A stretch of DNA of 64,000 bases from a virus, in the IMG/VR virus record IMGVR_UViG_3300038620_000126, positions 1 to 64,000 of that record. One strand, given 5' to 3'. The notes below the pieces were generated by a model, which saw only the letters and a list, made by a program, of their open reading frames with translations, did not search any database and had not been told where the DNA came from. Below are positions 1 to 10,456 of the stretch, piece after piece. Both the position numbers and the translations under genes were made by a program. The stretch's first letter is position 1, and each line of letters opens with the position of its first letter.

Positions 1-1
1 T

Positions 2-2158
2 GGGTTATATGTAGTTACGGAAAACGGAACAATAACTGTTTTTGATGTTATTGATCCGTTTAACCCTGTAGAGGTTATTTCAACTAACATTGGATATTCC
101 CCTATAAAAAGATCATTAATTAAAGATGGTATCTTATATTTACCCGATCAAGAATCAGGTAATGATTTAATAAGATTTGTAAAACTTGAAGATTTCCGGG
201 TTTATAATCCTTATAATCAAGTTGTAAAGGGCAAAGTTCAAATTGGAGATAGTAATGCTCCTACCCTGTTGGGGGATGTTAGATTCAATAGTGGTAACAA
301 TCGTTTTCAAGGTTGGAATGGAAGCAATTGGATTAATCTTGACTATAACTTAGAGGATGGAACTACTAACAACTCTAGTTTGAGATGGGACGGAAATAAT
401 TGGGTGGAAAATACTCAAGTAATATTAACCGATTCCGGAGGCATCAATGCAGGTGAGCCAAGCCAAAACACAATATCCGTAAGTAGTTTCTTTGGATTTT
501 CATCTTCAGCAATAGGGTCAGGAAATGACGCCTCAGGCGAACTTTCCTTGACCATAGGTTTAGATAATGTTGCTGCAGGTAATTATAGTGTCGCCCTAGG
601 TCATAAAAACGAGTCATCGGGAAATAATTCTTACGCAACAGGGTTTAATAATGTTGCTTCAGGAAATTATTCTTTCTCAACTGGCAATACCAACATTGCA
701 TCAGGTGAAAGTTCGATCGCCTTAAACGAAGAGACTCTATCTAGGTCTTACGGAGAAGTTGCGCTAGGTCTTTATAATACCGATTACGCCCCAAACGGTG
801 CGGCCTCCTTCGATCCAGATGATCGTTTACTTGTCATCGGAAATGGGGATTCTAATACTAATAAAAAAGATTCTTTAATCGCCTACAAACGAGGCGATTT
901 CCAATTTAGTAATAGCATTAAAGTTGGTGATATTCCTAGCACGGGAAATCAAACCCTAAATGGAGGAGAGATTCGTTGGAATGGTTCTAATTTTCAAGGA
1001 TATAAAAATGGGAGTTGGGTAAACTTAGATGTACAGTTACCTCCCGGAACTGAAAACCAAACAGTAAGATACGATAGTAATAATAAATTAGTAAGTAATG
1101 ATAAATTACTATCTAATAGTGCTGGAAGTATCAACGCTGGAGATACTGGAAATAATCAAGTAAATTCTAATACTCCTTCTTTTACTTTCGGCAGTTCAAG
1201 TGATTCATTGGGATATTATTCAATAGCTATAGGAGTAGGTAGTGTGGCTTCAGGAAATTTTGCAGTAGCCATGGGACAAATTAATCAGGCATTGGGAGAT
1301 CATGCAGTAGCTATGGGTTTAGATAATACGGCCACAGGAAATCAAGCAGTAGCTATGGGTGAAAGTAATGAGTCTTCAGGAATTCATGCAGTAGCTATGG
1401 GTTCACTAAATACGGCCACAGGAAATGAAGCAGTAGCTATGGGAAGAAATAATCAGGTCTCGGAGAATCAAGCAGTAGCTATGGGTTTAGATAATACGGC
1501 ATCGGGAAGAGGTTCAGTAGCTATGGGTTTAGAGAATACGGCTTTGTCTAACGGTGAATTTGTATTAGGGTTGAATAATGATAATAGCAATTACAATAAT
1601 CCTGATAATGTTAGTTGGCAAGCCGAAGATAGATTATTCGTTATTGGAAATGGTCAAGATAGTAATAATAAAAGTAACTCTTTAGTTTCCTACAAGAGGG
1701 GAGATTTTCAATTTACTAATAATATTAAAATTGGAGATATTCCTTCTACAGGTAATCAAACCCTAAATGGAGGAGAGATTCGTTGGAATGGTTCTAATTT
1801 TGAAGGTTACAACGGTTCTAATTGGAAAGTCTTAGATGTTACTATCAATGATTTTCAACGAGATATTTACTTAGAACAAGTTACTGAAAAAACATACACA
1901 ATTATACTTGATCAAAAAATTCAAGTAAATCTGATAGAAGTAACTACTCTAACCGATTCTGGTAATTGTGATCTAGATTTCAAAATCAACGGTTCAACAA
2001 TCTTAAGTTCCGTATCCGCTGATGGCAGTGCTAAGAACACTGTTTCACCATCTAGCACTACAACTCTCAATGTAGGAGATAAATTAGAAATGGAAGTTAA
2101 AAATTCAACCCTTCCCGAGGGTCTAGCGGTATCTATCAAAATTGATCCTGCTCCATAA
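2..2158 (+). CDS. Tail fibre/adhesin (5'-truncated): LVIVD-like fragment, two YadA-head (Hep/Hag) repeat blocks, repeated GEIRWNGSNFQGY joints
   Basis: The frame of the 269..2158 ORF is open back to position 2 (GLYVVTENGTITVFDVIDPFNPV...). It has 14-aa AVAMG...A.G repeats, and RLxVIGNG...YKRGDFQF occurs twice. Confidence 0.8.
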   Translation, partial: GLYVVTENGTITVFDVIDPFNPVEVISTNIGYSPIKRSLIKDGILYLPDQESGNDLIRFVKLEDFRVYNPYNQVVKGKVQIGDSNAPTLLGDVRFNSGNNRFQGWNGSNWINLDYNLEDGTTNNSSLRWDGNNWVENTQVILTDSGGINAGEPSQNTISVSSFFGFSSSAIGSGNDASGELSLTIGLDNVAAGNYSVALGHKNESSGNNSYATGFNNVASGNYSFSTGNTNIASGESSIALNEETLSRSYGEVALGLYNTDYAPNGAASFDPDDRLLVIGNGDSNTNKKDSLIAYKRGDFQFSNSIKVGDIPSTGNQTLNGGEIRWNGSNFQGYKNGSWVNLDVQLPPGTENQTVRYDSNNKLVSNDKLLSNSAGSINAGDTGNNQVNSNTPSFTFGSSSDSLGYYSIAIGVGSVASGNFAVAMGQINQALGDHAVAMGLDNTATGNQAVAMGESNESSGIHAVAMGSLNTATGNEAVAMGRNNQVSENQAVAMGLDNTASGRGSVAMGLENTALSNGEFVLGLNNDNSNYNNPDNVSWQAEDRLFVIGNGQDSNNKSNSLVSYKRGDFQFTNNIKIGDIPSTGNQTLNGGEIRWNGSNFEGYNGSNWKVLDVTINDFQRDIYLEQVTEKTYTIILDQKIQVNLIEVTTLTDSGNCDLDFKINGSTILSSVSADGSAKNTVSPSSTTTLNVGDKLEMEVKNSTLPEGLAVSIKIDPAP
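1262..1527 (+). repeat. 42-bp coding tandem repeat (about 7 units; core GCAGTAGCTATGGG)
   Basis: The core recurs every 42 bp from about 1262 to 1514 and encodes YadA-head 14-mers. Confidence 0.9.
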
Positions 2159-2171
2159 AATAAAATAAGTT

Positions 2172-3680
2172 ATGCTATTAACTAATCGACATCAACATGT
2201 ATATGCTTTAAGTTTTAATGGAACCGATCAATATGTTAATAACTTTGGAGAACCTGATGACTTTTTTGGTTCTTCGGACTTTACATTGTCCTTTTGGGCT
2301 AAGTTAGATGATAATAGTCGGGCCGTTGATATTATATTAGATAAAGGTAATATAACAGTTAAGTTTGAAAGTTCGATTACTATTTCGACAACCGATTATA
2401 AATCTCTTACCATAGATTTAAGCGATACTAATGGTAATAATACCATTATCAATTTTGGTTATGCTAAGGTAGGAAGTCTGCAAGTTGATAACCACTTTCA
2501 TTACTATGTGTTTCAAAAAAACGGTAACGATCCAACTAACTTTACTCTACATAGAGATGGTATTGCTATAGATAATAATGTTTATACTGCCAAGAAAATT
2601 ACTAATAACGTTGGGTCTGCTATTAATGATTTAACGAGTGCTTCTTCTTTAAGGTTAGGATATGACGGAACTGATTATTTTAAAGGGTACTTAGATGAAA
2701 TATTAATACAAAAAAGTTTAGTTACTTTAAATCAAATTCAAGATAGATTTAACAATTTTCAAGGGGCCTATATATCATCATTGGCTAATCTATAAGCCCA
2801 TTGGTTATTCAATCATAATTCAGGTTCTACCCTTGAGGATAGAAGTATTAATAATTATAATGGAACTTTACAAAATTACACTTCCAGCGAAACAAGTGTT
2901 GGCGGTGGAGCATGGGTCAAACACAGAGAAAATAAGTTGAACAATTGCATATCTTTTGACGGGAGTAACGATCAAATAGATTTCCCTACCGCTCCTAGTG
3001 ATATATTTGGTAAATATTACGATCCCTATTCCATAACTTTTTGGGTGTACCTTAACAGTACAACGCCCGGGGTCTATTATGGTATTTTGGGCAATAGAAC
3101 GAGTGGCGGGGATCCGGGTCTATCTATTGCAATAGCCAATTCCAATGAATTCGTATTTGACTTTTTAGGTACAAACGGAGAACAAATAATATATAGAAGA
3201 GACTTGGCAACTTACTTTGTAGCAGGTTGGAACTTTGTAGCATATGTTAGAGACGCAGCGAATATATCTGGACGTGGTAATGCTAATATATTTATCAATG
3301 GTACTTTTACACCTGTAGGCGCCGGTGGAGATACACTACCACCTTCGTCTGGAACGGATTTCTCTTCAAGTAGTTTGCTAAGAATGGGTTATCGACAAAA
3401 CTTTAATAGATATTTTAATGGAAAATTAAATGACTTCATAATTCAAAAGAACTTAGCGTTGGATGAAAAAGAAATAAGACATCGATATAATAGTGGATGG
3501 GGTAATAATCCGGGAAACTTAGATAACTTAGAAGTTTGGTGGCGAATGAATCAGTATCTTTTTGATGAATCTAATAATCCATCAAACACCAAACTTTTGG
3601 ATTTCAGTAATAATAACATAGAAGGAGATATGTATAATTTCGCAAATAACCCATTCGAAAGAAACAATAGTAACTTATGA
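2172..3680 (+). pseudogene. Tandem LamG/concanavalin-like virion protein interrupted by one in-frame TAA (2793-2795)
   Basis: ORFs 2172..2795 and 2937..3680 are in the same frame, and the gap reads AHWLFNHNSGSTLEDRS... with no other stop. LamG motifs SFNGTDQY/SFDGSNDQI, SFWAK/TFWVY and FKGYLDE/FNGKLND are present. Confidence 0.8.
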
Positions 3681-3964
3681 ATCAATACGCATTATTAACT
3701 ACTGAACAGGCGGATACCCTTGCCAATAATTTAGGGAGTAAACTGTCTGATAATTATTTTGCTGTAACTAATAGTTTTTCGGAAAAACTATTTAGCACAC
3801 AAACCGATTCTAAAGGAGAATTCTTAACAAAAGAAATTAAAGTTTGGATAGTAATTGAAGATGATTTTAGTTCTTCTGATGTAACAAGTATTAAAAATAC
3901 AGGTGGAACTGTTTATAACAATTCCACTGATTTGAATAATTATATTAATAATTATTATAATTAA
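3677..3964 (+). CDS. Hypothetical protein (fibre operon)
   Basis: 95-aa ORF coupled to the previous gene by an ATGA overlap. Confidence 0.65.
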   Translation: MNQYALLTTEQADTLANNLGSKLSDNYFAVTNSFSEKLFSTQTDSKGEFLTKEIKVWIVIEDDFSSSDVTSIKNTGGTVYNNSTDLNNYINNYYN

Positions 3965-3983
3965 ATAAATATGTAAAAAGTTA

Positions 3984-6329
3984 ATGTCTGCATATTCACA
4001 AAGACAAAAAACATTAAGTTATAGTGATTTTGTAAATTTATATAATAATTTTGAATTGGTTAAGGGTACTATTTATTGTATTCCTTATTATATTGAACAT
4101 GAAATTCCAAATTCCAATGGGGTTATTAATACTTCAAATGTAGAACATCTTTGTATTGAAGCATTATCTGAACAAAGTTATAATACTAATGTTAGATCAA
4201 TTGAATTTTCCCAAGACATTATTGAATGGACACATGAAAAGTTATACAAAGATAGTTTTAACAATACTTTAAGTTCTAGAGGTACAATAACATATAGACA
4301 TGATACTATTAGAAATATAAGTGCTTACGAAGATTTTAGAAATATAGTTTTAAGACGTTACTTAAGTAACAGTTTTACAATTAATGGGTTTAACTTTTTT
4401 GTAAACTTAACAGACAGTGAAAGTTCTTCTTTTGAAGATTATCCTATGATAGATAATCAAAATGATAAAATTTTAAATGTACACATAGATCCTGTTTTTA
4501 GTTCTAATGGGGAAAAAGTTGTAAGCAACAACTTAATTAAAGATGATAACAATCTTTTTATTTCTAATATAAAATTAAAGTCTACAGTTAAAGACTGTTA
4601 CGTAACAATACTAGATAATTCAAATATTGCAGGTAATGGTATATCGAATATAGAAATTGTTCAATCTTCTAATATTTTGCTTACATCTTCTTCTAATATT
4701 AGTATAAATTTATCTGATAATCTTAACATTGTAAATTCTTTAGAAGTATCACTTATAGATGTAAAGTTAGATGAAATAAGAGATTCAGAAAAACTTTATT
4801 TAGTTTACCAATCGGGAACAGGTGGTAATTTAAACAATTTAATTGATTCACATGGATTGGGATCTAACATATCCCAACTTGAAAATAATTCTTTTAATAC
4901 ACAAAACTTAATTAGTGAAGGATTTGTAAGAGTGGGAGACGTTCTTTCAAGTTATTCTCCAACTGAGGGTGATTTAAGATGGAATGGTTCTAACTTTCAA
5001 GGCTATAAAAATGGAAACTGGGTAAACTTAGATAGCCAAGGAACCGCGCTACCTGCCGGAACTCAAGATGGATCGCATCTAAAGTGGGATACCGGTAATT
5101 CCGAGTGGATAGAAGATCAACGAATTATTACCAAAGATTCTGCAACTTCTAGTAACTTAATAATAGAAAACGGAACTTCTGATATTCCTGGTGTCCCTAC
5201 CCTTGATAGTTCAGGTATTAAAAATACAAATGTTAATTCAGGGGAAATCTTTGGCCTGTTAAATTTTGATCTTTCAGGACAAACTAGAGGTATTCTGGCA
5301 GGTTACACTAGTCAAAATAATCCTAATGAGGGAACCAGATTATTTTTGCAGGAAAACTATGATAATTCTTCGGGAGAGATAGAATTATCAATTAATTCTA
5401 ATGGTTCTGGCTTTGGTTCATTTTCAGGTAATTACGATACCAAAATGAATATGTCTATTGGTGGATTCAATTTAGATTATGAAGATAATGGAGAGGGCTT
5501 TTCTTCAAACTTAAAGTTATCCAATACAATAGACTTCACCCTCAATAATTCTATTGATGACAATAAGTCGTCTTTTAAATCTGATAATACTTTTACTGGG
5601 TTCTTTAGAAGTAATGATTCTCTTACTAAAGAAACCGTTTTTAAGGCTTTTCCGCAAGGCGAAGCAAAAATTGCAGGAAATGATGGTTCTGATAGATTTG
5701 AAGTTGAATATACACCTACTAAAATAGAATGGGATGTATTTTCTTCATCGGATGTATATCGAGTTGAACAAACAGTAAATAATTTTAGGTTTTATAATCA
5801 AATTCAAATAGGTGGACTTCAGCAAAACGTTTCTCCCGTTGAGGGAATGGTTCAATGGAATGGAAATAATTATCAGGGTTATAAAAATGGAACCTGGGTA
5901 AATTTAGATGAAGTAAATAGATTAGAAACTCAAACATTACAGTTTGACTATACTAACCTTCAATCTTCAAGTAACACTGCAACGTACAACTTAGGAAAAT
6001 TAGATAATTCTATAAGTTCAGCCGTTCATATAGTTTCTATTATAATATATAATGAGGCTTATTCAACTACCTCAAGTTCTCAATTGAGGTCTATTCGTTT
6101 ATATAAAAATAGTCTTGAACTTATTCCATCTACTGATGTATCAATTAACTTTTTAAAGTCTTATAATTTATCATTAGATTATTCTTCTGATTTTTTAAGA
6201 GCGAATGATGATATATTTGTTGAATTAACTTCTGATGGTATATTAGATACAACCACTCTAACGTCTGGAAAAACAGATGTTCAAGTAGAGTATGTAAAAT
6301 TATCAAACATAATAAATAATCAACTATGA
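3984..6329 (+). CDS. Tail fibre-like virion protein
   Basis: Two copies of the EGxxxWNGxNxQGYKNGxWVNLD joint shared with the first fibre; beta-rich; AATAAATA at 3964-3971. Confidence 0.7.
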   Translation: MSAYSQRQKTLSYSDFVNLYNNFELVKGTIYCIPYYIEHEIPNSNGVINTSNVEHLCIEALSEQSYNTNVRSIEFSQDIIEWTHEKLYKDSFNNTLSSRGTITYRHDTIRNISAYEDFRNIVLRRYLSNSFTINGFNFFVNLTDSESSSFEDYPMIDNQNDKILNVHIDPVFSSNGEKVVSNNLIKDDNNLFISNIKLKSTVKDCYVTILDNSNIAGNGISNIEIVQSSNILLTSSSNISINLSDNLNIVNSLEVSLIDVKLDEIRDSEKLYLVYQSGTGGNLNNLIDSHGLGSNISQLENNSFNTQNLISEGFVRVGDVLSSYSPTEGDLRWNGSNFQGYKNGNWVNLDSQGTALPAGTQDGSHLKWDTGNSEWIEDQRIITKDSATSSNLIIENGTSDIPGVPTLDSSGIKNTNVNSGEIFGLLNFDLSGQTRGILAGYTSQNNPNEGTRLFLQENYDNSSGEIELSINSNGSGFGSFSGNYDTKMNMSIGGFNLDYEDNGEGFSSNLKLSNTIDFTLNNSIDDNKSSFKSDNTFTGFFRSNDSLTKETVFKAFPQGEAKIAGNDGSDRFEVEYTPTKIEWDVFSSSDVYRVEQTVNNFRFYNQIQIGGLQQNVSPVEGMVQWNGNNYQGYKNGTWVNLDEVNRLETQTLQFDYTNLQSSSNTATYNLGKLDNSISSAVHIVSIIIYNEAYSTTSSSQLRSIRLYKNSLELIPSTDVSINFLKSYNLSLDYSSDFLRANDDIFVELTSDGILDTTTLTSGKTDVQVEYVKLSNIINNQL

Positions 6330-7594
6330 AAATTAGCAATTTACCTAAAAATTCAAGAACAGTAAAAGTAGAACTTGACTATACTGATTTTGTTTATAAA
6401 TCAGTTCCTGTATATAATTTTCAAGATACATCTTTAGTAACAGATTTTATAAAGATAGGTGATGCGGGTGAAAATGTAGTTAGTGGTTTTTTTGAAGTTA
6501 CCGAAAATTTTACTAATGCTCAACAAGATGAATATTCATTTGATTTAATATTCCAAGATAATGCTGGTGTTGATGTTTTTTTTAACTCCGGTTTTTATAG
6601 TGCTGAACTATCTCCATCTTTGACATCGAAAACAGAGTTTTTATTGGAAGAAAATTATGATTCAACAAAGTTATTATTTCAAAATCATTTAGGTGTTTTT
6701 GTAAGAGCCGCAATAAACCTTGGATCAGATTCTTTTTCTCCTTCAGATTTTATTAACTTAATTCAAGGAAAAGCAAGACTATTTTTTAATTTAGAAACTT
6801 TTATTGATTATTCAGAAAATTCCTTTAAAACAGAAGATGAAGTTATTAACTTTTTCAACATTAATAAAGGTTTTAATTTTACACTTCCACAAAGTTTTAG
6901 TACAGTAGAAATAATTAAAAGTTCCGGCCGTAGAGTTGCTATACCACATTTTAACTTTTCTTGTTACGAGAATCCTACTGTTAATTATTCTGTTATATCT
7001 GGAAACTCTAACAACATAGAAATAAATGATCCTCTTTCTTCTTTTCCATCTAATGTAGCAGCAAATACTTTATTAGGTGAAGATAATAGTATTGAAGATA
7101 ATGGATTTTTATTAGAAGTTAAAGCAGATACAAATGCAAATGTGGGAGACACTTTTTCTGTAGAATTTGAAGGATCAGCATGTGGAACAAGTGATACGAC
7201 AGTTGTAAATTTTCAGGTTATTGCAGAACCTGATTTAATTGATATTAACCTTTTACAGGAGGAAGATATTAATTCTCAAGATGAACTAGTTATTAGTGAT
7301 CCATTTTCTGCCAGTCTTGTATTTCAGGTTCATGTTGATAGAAGATTTTGTTATGATAACATAAATATAGATGTTTCTAATAGCAACTTACCACAAGGGG
7401 TTACATTAGGATCAACTTTTCCTATTTTACAATCTAAATTTGATCCAAATGATTACTTTATTGATTTTTTAGTAAATGAAAATCAAACAATTCCCGGTGA
7501 TACTGGGAGCATAACTTTTGAAGCAACGGGGTGTAATGAAACAGTTAGTTTAACTGTTCCAGTTGTTGTACAATCAGGATACTACTACAGTTAA
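6326..7594 (+). CDS. Acidic beta-rich putative virion protein (Ig-like C-terminal repeats)
   Basis: ATGA-coupled to the fibre gene; C-terminal beta-sandwich-like repeats (FEGSACG / FEATGC). Confidence 0.5.
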   Translation: MKISNLPKNSRTVKVELDYTDFVYKSVPVYNFQDTSLVTDFIKIGDAGENVVSGFFEVTENFTNAQQDEYSFDLIFQDNAGVDVFFNSGFYSAELSPSLTSKTEFLLEENYDSTKLLFQNHLGVFVRAAINLGSDSFSPSDFINLIQGKARLFFNLETFIDYSENSFKTEDEVINFFNINKGFNFTLPQSFSTVEIIKSSGRRVAIPHFNFSCYENPTVNYSVISGNSNNIEINDPLSSFPSNVAANTLLGEDNSIEDNGFLLEVKADTNANVGDTFSVEFEGSACGTSDTTVVNFQVIAEPDLIDINLLQEEDINSQDELVISDPFSASLVFQVHVDRRFCYDNINIDVSNSNLPQGVTLGSTFPILQSKFDPNDYFIDFLVNENQTIPGDTGSITFEATGCNETVSLTVPVVVQSGYYYS

Positions 7595-7608
7595 AAAATA
7601 ATAAAAAT

Positions 7609-8337
7609 ATGCTTAAAAAACAGTATGTATTGGTTTTATCGGATGGAAGAAGTGGAACACACTTATTAATGGACAAACTTTCTTCTTCTCCAAAAATTAA
7701 AAGTGGAGATGAACTGGTAGGAAGTAATTGGGGAGGGAATGACTTAGAAGGAGATGAATATTTAAACTTTATTAAAAACAATGTGATTTCTTATTATGAA
7801 TCTCTTAAACCTCCTATAATAGTTACTTCTATAATTTTTTCAAAACTTATTAACAAAAATATAACTTTACATGATATCATTTCTTTGTTTCCGGATGAAA
7901 GCAAAATAATTATATCCACCAGAGAAGATCAAATTAATAGATTTACAAGCCTACAATTAGCCAGAAAAACTAAAAATTATACTAACTCTATAAACTATAA
8001 TAATGAAAAAGTTGAACTGGATATTTCAGATTTATATGTAGAAACACTAAAACAGTTTATATCTTTAAAAGAGTTTTGTAAGTTTGTTTTAGAAAATGGA
8101 AGAGATGCCAAAATATGTGAATATGGTGATATAAATGATATAGAGGAACTTAATTTTTATTTAAAGTGGATAGGCGTCAAAAAACCAGTTTCTGAAAAGG
8201 ATGTTAATAACAATTATCAAAAACAAGAAAGAAGGGATATAAAAGATAGAATTTCAAACTACGATCAATTAAAAAAATACAATCTTTTTAATAAAATTAA
8301 TAATCTTTTTAATAAAATTAAAAAATGGAGAAATTAG
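7609..8337 (+). CDS. Sulfotransferase (Stf0/NodH-like)
   Basis: N-terminal PAPS-binding-like GRSGTHLL; downstream R-x7-S (REDQINRFTS) and C-terminal KQ.R...DRISNYD. Confidence 0.65.
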   Translation: MLKKQYVLVLSDGRSGTHLLMDKLSSSPKIKSGDELVGSNWGGNDLEGDEYLNFIKNNVISYYESLKPPIIVTSIIFSKLINKNITLHDIISLFPDESKIIISTREDQINRFTSLQLARKTKNYTNSINYNNEKVELDISDLYVETLKQFISLKEFCKFVLENGRDAKICEYGDINDIEELNFYLKWIGVKKPVSEKDVNNNYQKQERRDIKDRISNYDQLKKYNLFNKINNLFNKIKKWRN

Positions 8338-9872
8338 AAAAAATTTATTGTATAAATCTTGAAAAGCGTCAAGACAGACGCCAACATATGGAACAGCAAT
8401 TTCAACGTTCCAATATAACAAACTATGAATTTGTAAAAGGATACGATGGAGAATGGCTCCCCAAAAGCATAAGATGGGGAATGGGCGCAAATTATTATGG
8501 TGAAAAATGTAGAAATAAACTAGCCTGCCTTTTTAGTCATTTAGAAACATACATGAAAATTATAAAAAATAATCACAAGTATGCAGTTGTATTAGAAGAT
8601 GACGTTTATTTATGTAAAGACTTTGAAATAAGATTAAATTACCTAATCAATAACTATTTACCGCCAGATTGGGACTTAGTATTTTTAGATAATCCAATAG
8701 GATTTAGAAACCTTTATAGTAGGTTCGAATGGACAAACCCTTACACATTAAGAGTAACCAGAGCACATGGTAATTCAGCCATGCTTCTTAATACCCAATT
8801 TCTTAAGAACTTAGTTCCTAGAATGCAAAGATTGGAAAATTACAATGATGTAATTAAAAATAGAGAATCTTTCAACTTTAGATATTACTTATTTTTACCT
8901 ACACTTGCTTATAGCCAAGAAATGTATTCAGATAACGATCCCAATCCGGGAAAAGATAAAAAACTATATCATTTTACTGATTTAGGGTTTGAAGACAAAT
9001 GGGATTATAGTAAAGATTCCTTAGAATTAAAAATCAAAAAAGATCAAGAAGCATTAGAAAAAGGCAAAAAACCATCTCCCGCCAATAATGACTATGCTCC
9101 TAAAGTTGAAAAACCGTCTAAAAAATCAAAAAAAGTAAGAAAAAAACTTAACTCTACTGAAGGGGGGTGGACTAATCTAAATTATAATGATATTGATAAA
9201 ATATATTACATTAATCTTGACTTTAGAACAGATAGAAAAAATGAAATGGAAAAAGAACTTAAAAGAGTTGATATTGAAGCCGAAAGATTTCCTGCTATCT
9301 ATGGAGATAAATTTAGGCCCAAAATACCTGCAAGGAATTATGGTGTTATTACCAATTATCAACTAGCCACATTGGTTACCCATAAAAGGGTTATGTGTAA
9401 AGCATTAGAAGATGGGTGTAACATAGCCATGATGCTTGAAGATGACATTGAATTTTGTGATGATTTTAAGGAAAGGCTTTCTAATATAAAAATTCCGAAC
9501 GATTGGGATTGTTTATTATTATCTTATACTTGCAATTCAAACTTTCCGGGTTTTGAGTGGATTACACCTAATGTTGCAAAGGCTCAAAGGGTGGATGGAC
9601 TTCATACTTACATTATGAAAAGAAATTTTATGGAAACCTTTTATGAAAGATATAGAAAACAAAATCCAATGGCCCCAAATGACCACATAATTCATCTTTT
9701 AATGCCCGATTTTAACATTTACTTACTTTTTCCTTTTTTTACAAAACAAAGAAACGGATATTCAGATAATAAACAATTAGGAAGGGAAGACTTAAATTCA
9801 AAATATCCTCATTTTAGAAATTATCTTAAAGATTGGAATAATTCAGACTATTCAAAAGGTTCCAAAGGCTAA
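8325..9872 (+). CDS. Tandem double glycosyltransferase family 25 protein
   Basis: Two repeats of KIYxINLxxRxDR ... (S/T)H ... LEDD ... DWD, joined by a Lys/Pro linker. Confidence 0.85.
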   Translation: MEKLEKIYCINLEKRQDRRQHMEQQFQRSNITNYEFVKGYDGEWLPKSIRWGMGANYYGEKCRNKLACLFSHLETYMKIIKNNHKYAVVLEDDVYLCKDFEIRLNYLINNYLPPDWDLVFLDNPIGFRNLYSRFEWTNPYTLRVTRAHGNSAMLLNTQFLKNLVPRMQRLENYNDVIKNRESFNFRYYLFLPTLAYSQEMYSDNDPNPGKDKKLYHFTDLGFEDKWDYSKDSLELKIKKDQEALEKGKKPSPANNDYAPKVEKPSKKSKKVRKKLNSTEGGWTNLNYNDIDKIYYINLDFRTDRKNEMEKELKRVDIEAERFPAIYGDKFRPKIPARNYGVITNYQLATLVTHKRVMCKALEDGCNIAMMLEDDIEFCDDFKERLSNIKIPNDWDCLLLSYTCNSNFPGFEWITPNVAKAQRVDGLHTYIMKRNFMETFYERYRKQNPMAPNDHIIHLLMPDFNIYLLFPFFTKQRNGYSDNKQLGREDLNSKYPHFRNYLKDWNNSDYSKGSKG

Positions 9873-9989
9873 AAGTTGATGATTTTTAAGATTCACTTCA
9901 CAAATAAATAATAAAAAAAAATTATAAACTTAAACAGACTTAAAATTATACTTCAGTTAATTGATGGTCAAGATCTAACTTAACTCTAC

Positions 9990-10456
9990 ATGTTAGTGGT
10001 TTTGTTGCTTTTATTGATGGCCCAAAAATCAAAATACCGGCACTCTTTGGGCTTACGAAAATGTTAATTCGAGCGTCACCTCCGAAGTGCCCATTTTTAA
10101 GTTTGAAAAATGTTGATACTTACAATTGACTAGTAAAACCCGTTAACTTTAATTTAACAAGTGCTAATGGAAGTGGTTTTGTTAGATATAGACTTTATCC
10201 CCAACCCACACTTACGGGCGCTAATTTTTCCAGTGTAGATCCTAATTCTTTTTCAAAAATTGATACAAGTGCCACTGGTTTATCTGGAGGAAAGGTATCA
10301 TTTCAATTTGTGATCCTTATTGGAACTCATAAAGTAATGGATCTAACGGATTCTATATTTGATTCGTTCAAAATCAGTAAAGACGATACTATAACGATAA
10401 CAGCAGAACATACAGGACCAGCCACACCTGCGGTAGGTATTGTTATTAACTGTTAA
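9990..10456 (+). pseudogene. Decayed virion-protein gene remnant (not in ORF track)
   Basis: A start-less open frame 10130..10456 (LVKPVNFNL...PTLTGANFSSVD...DTSATGLSGG...) is preceded by TGA and an apparent frameshift near 10095. An AATAAATA motif lies at 9903. Confidence 0.55.

Noticed and set aside
1262-1527. CRISPR-like repeat-spacer pattern
   Set aside because: In-frame 42-bp coding repeats of a YadA head.
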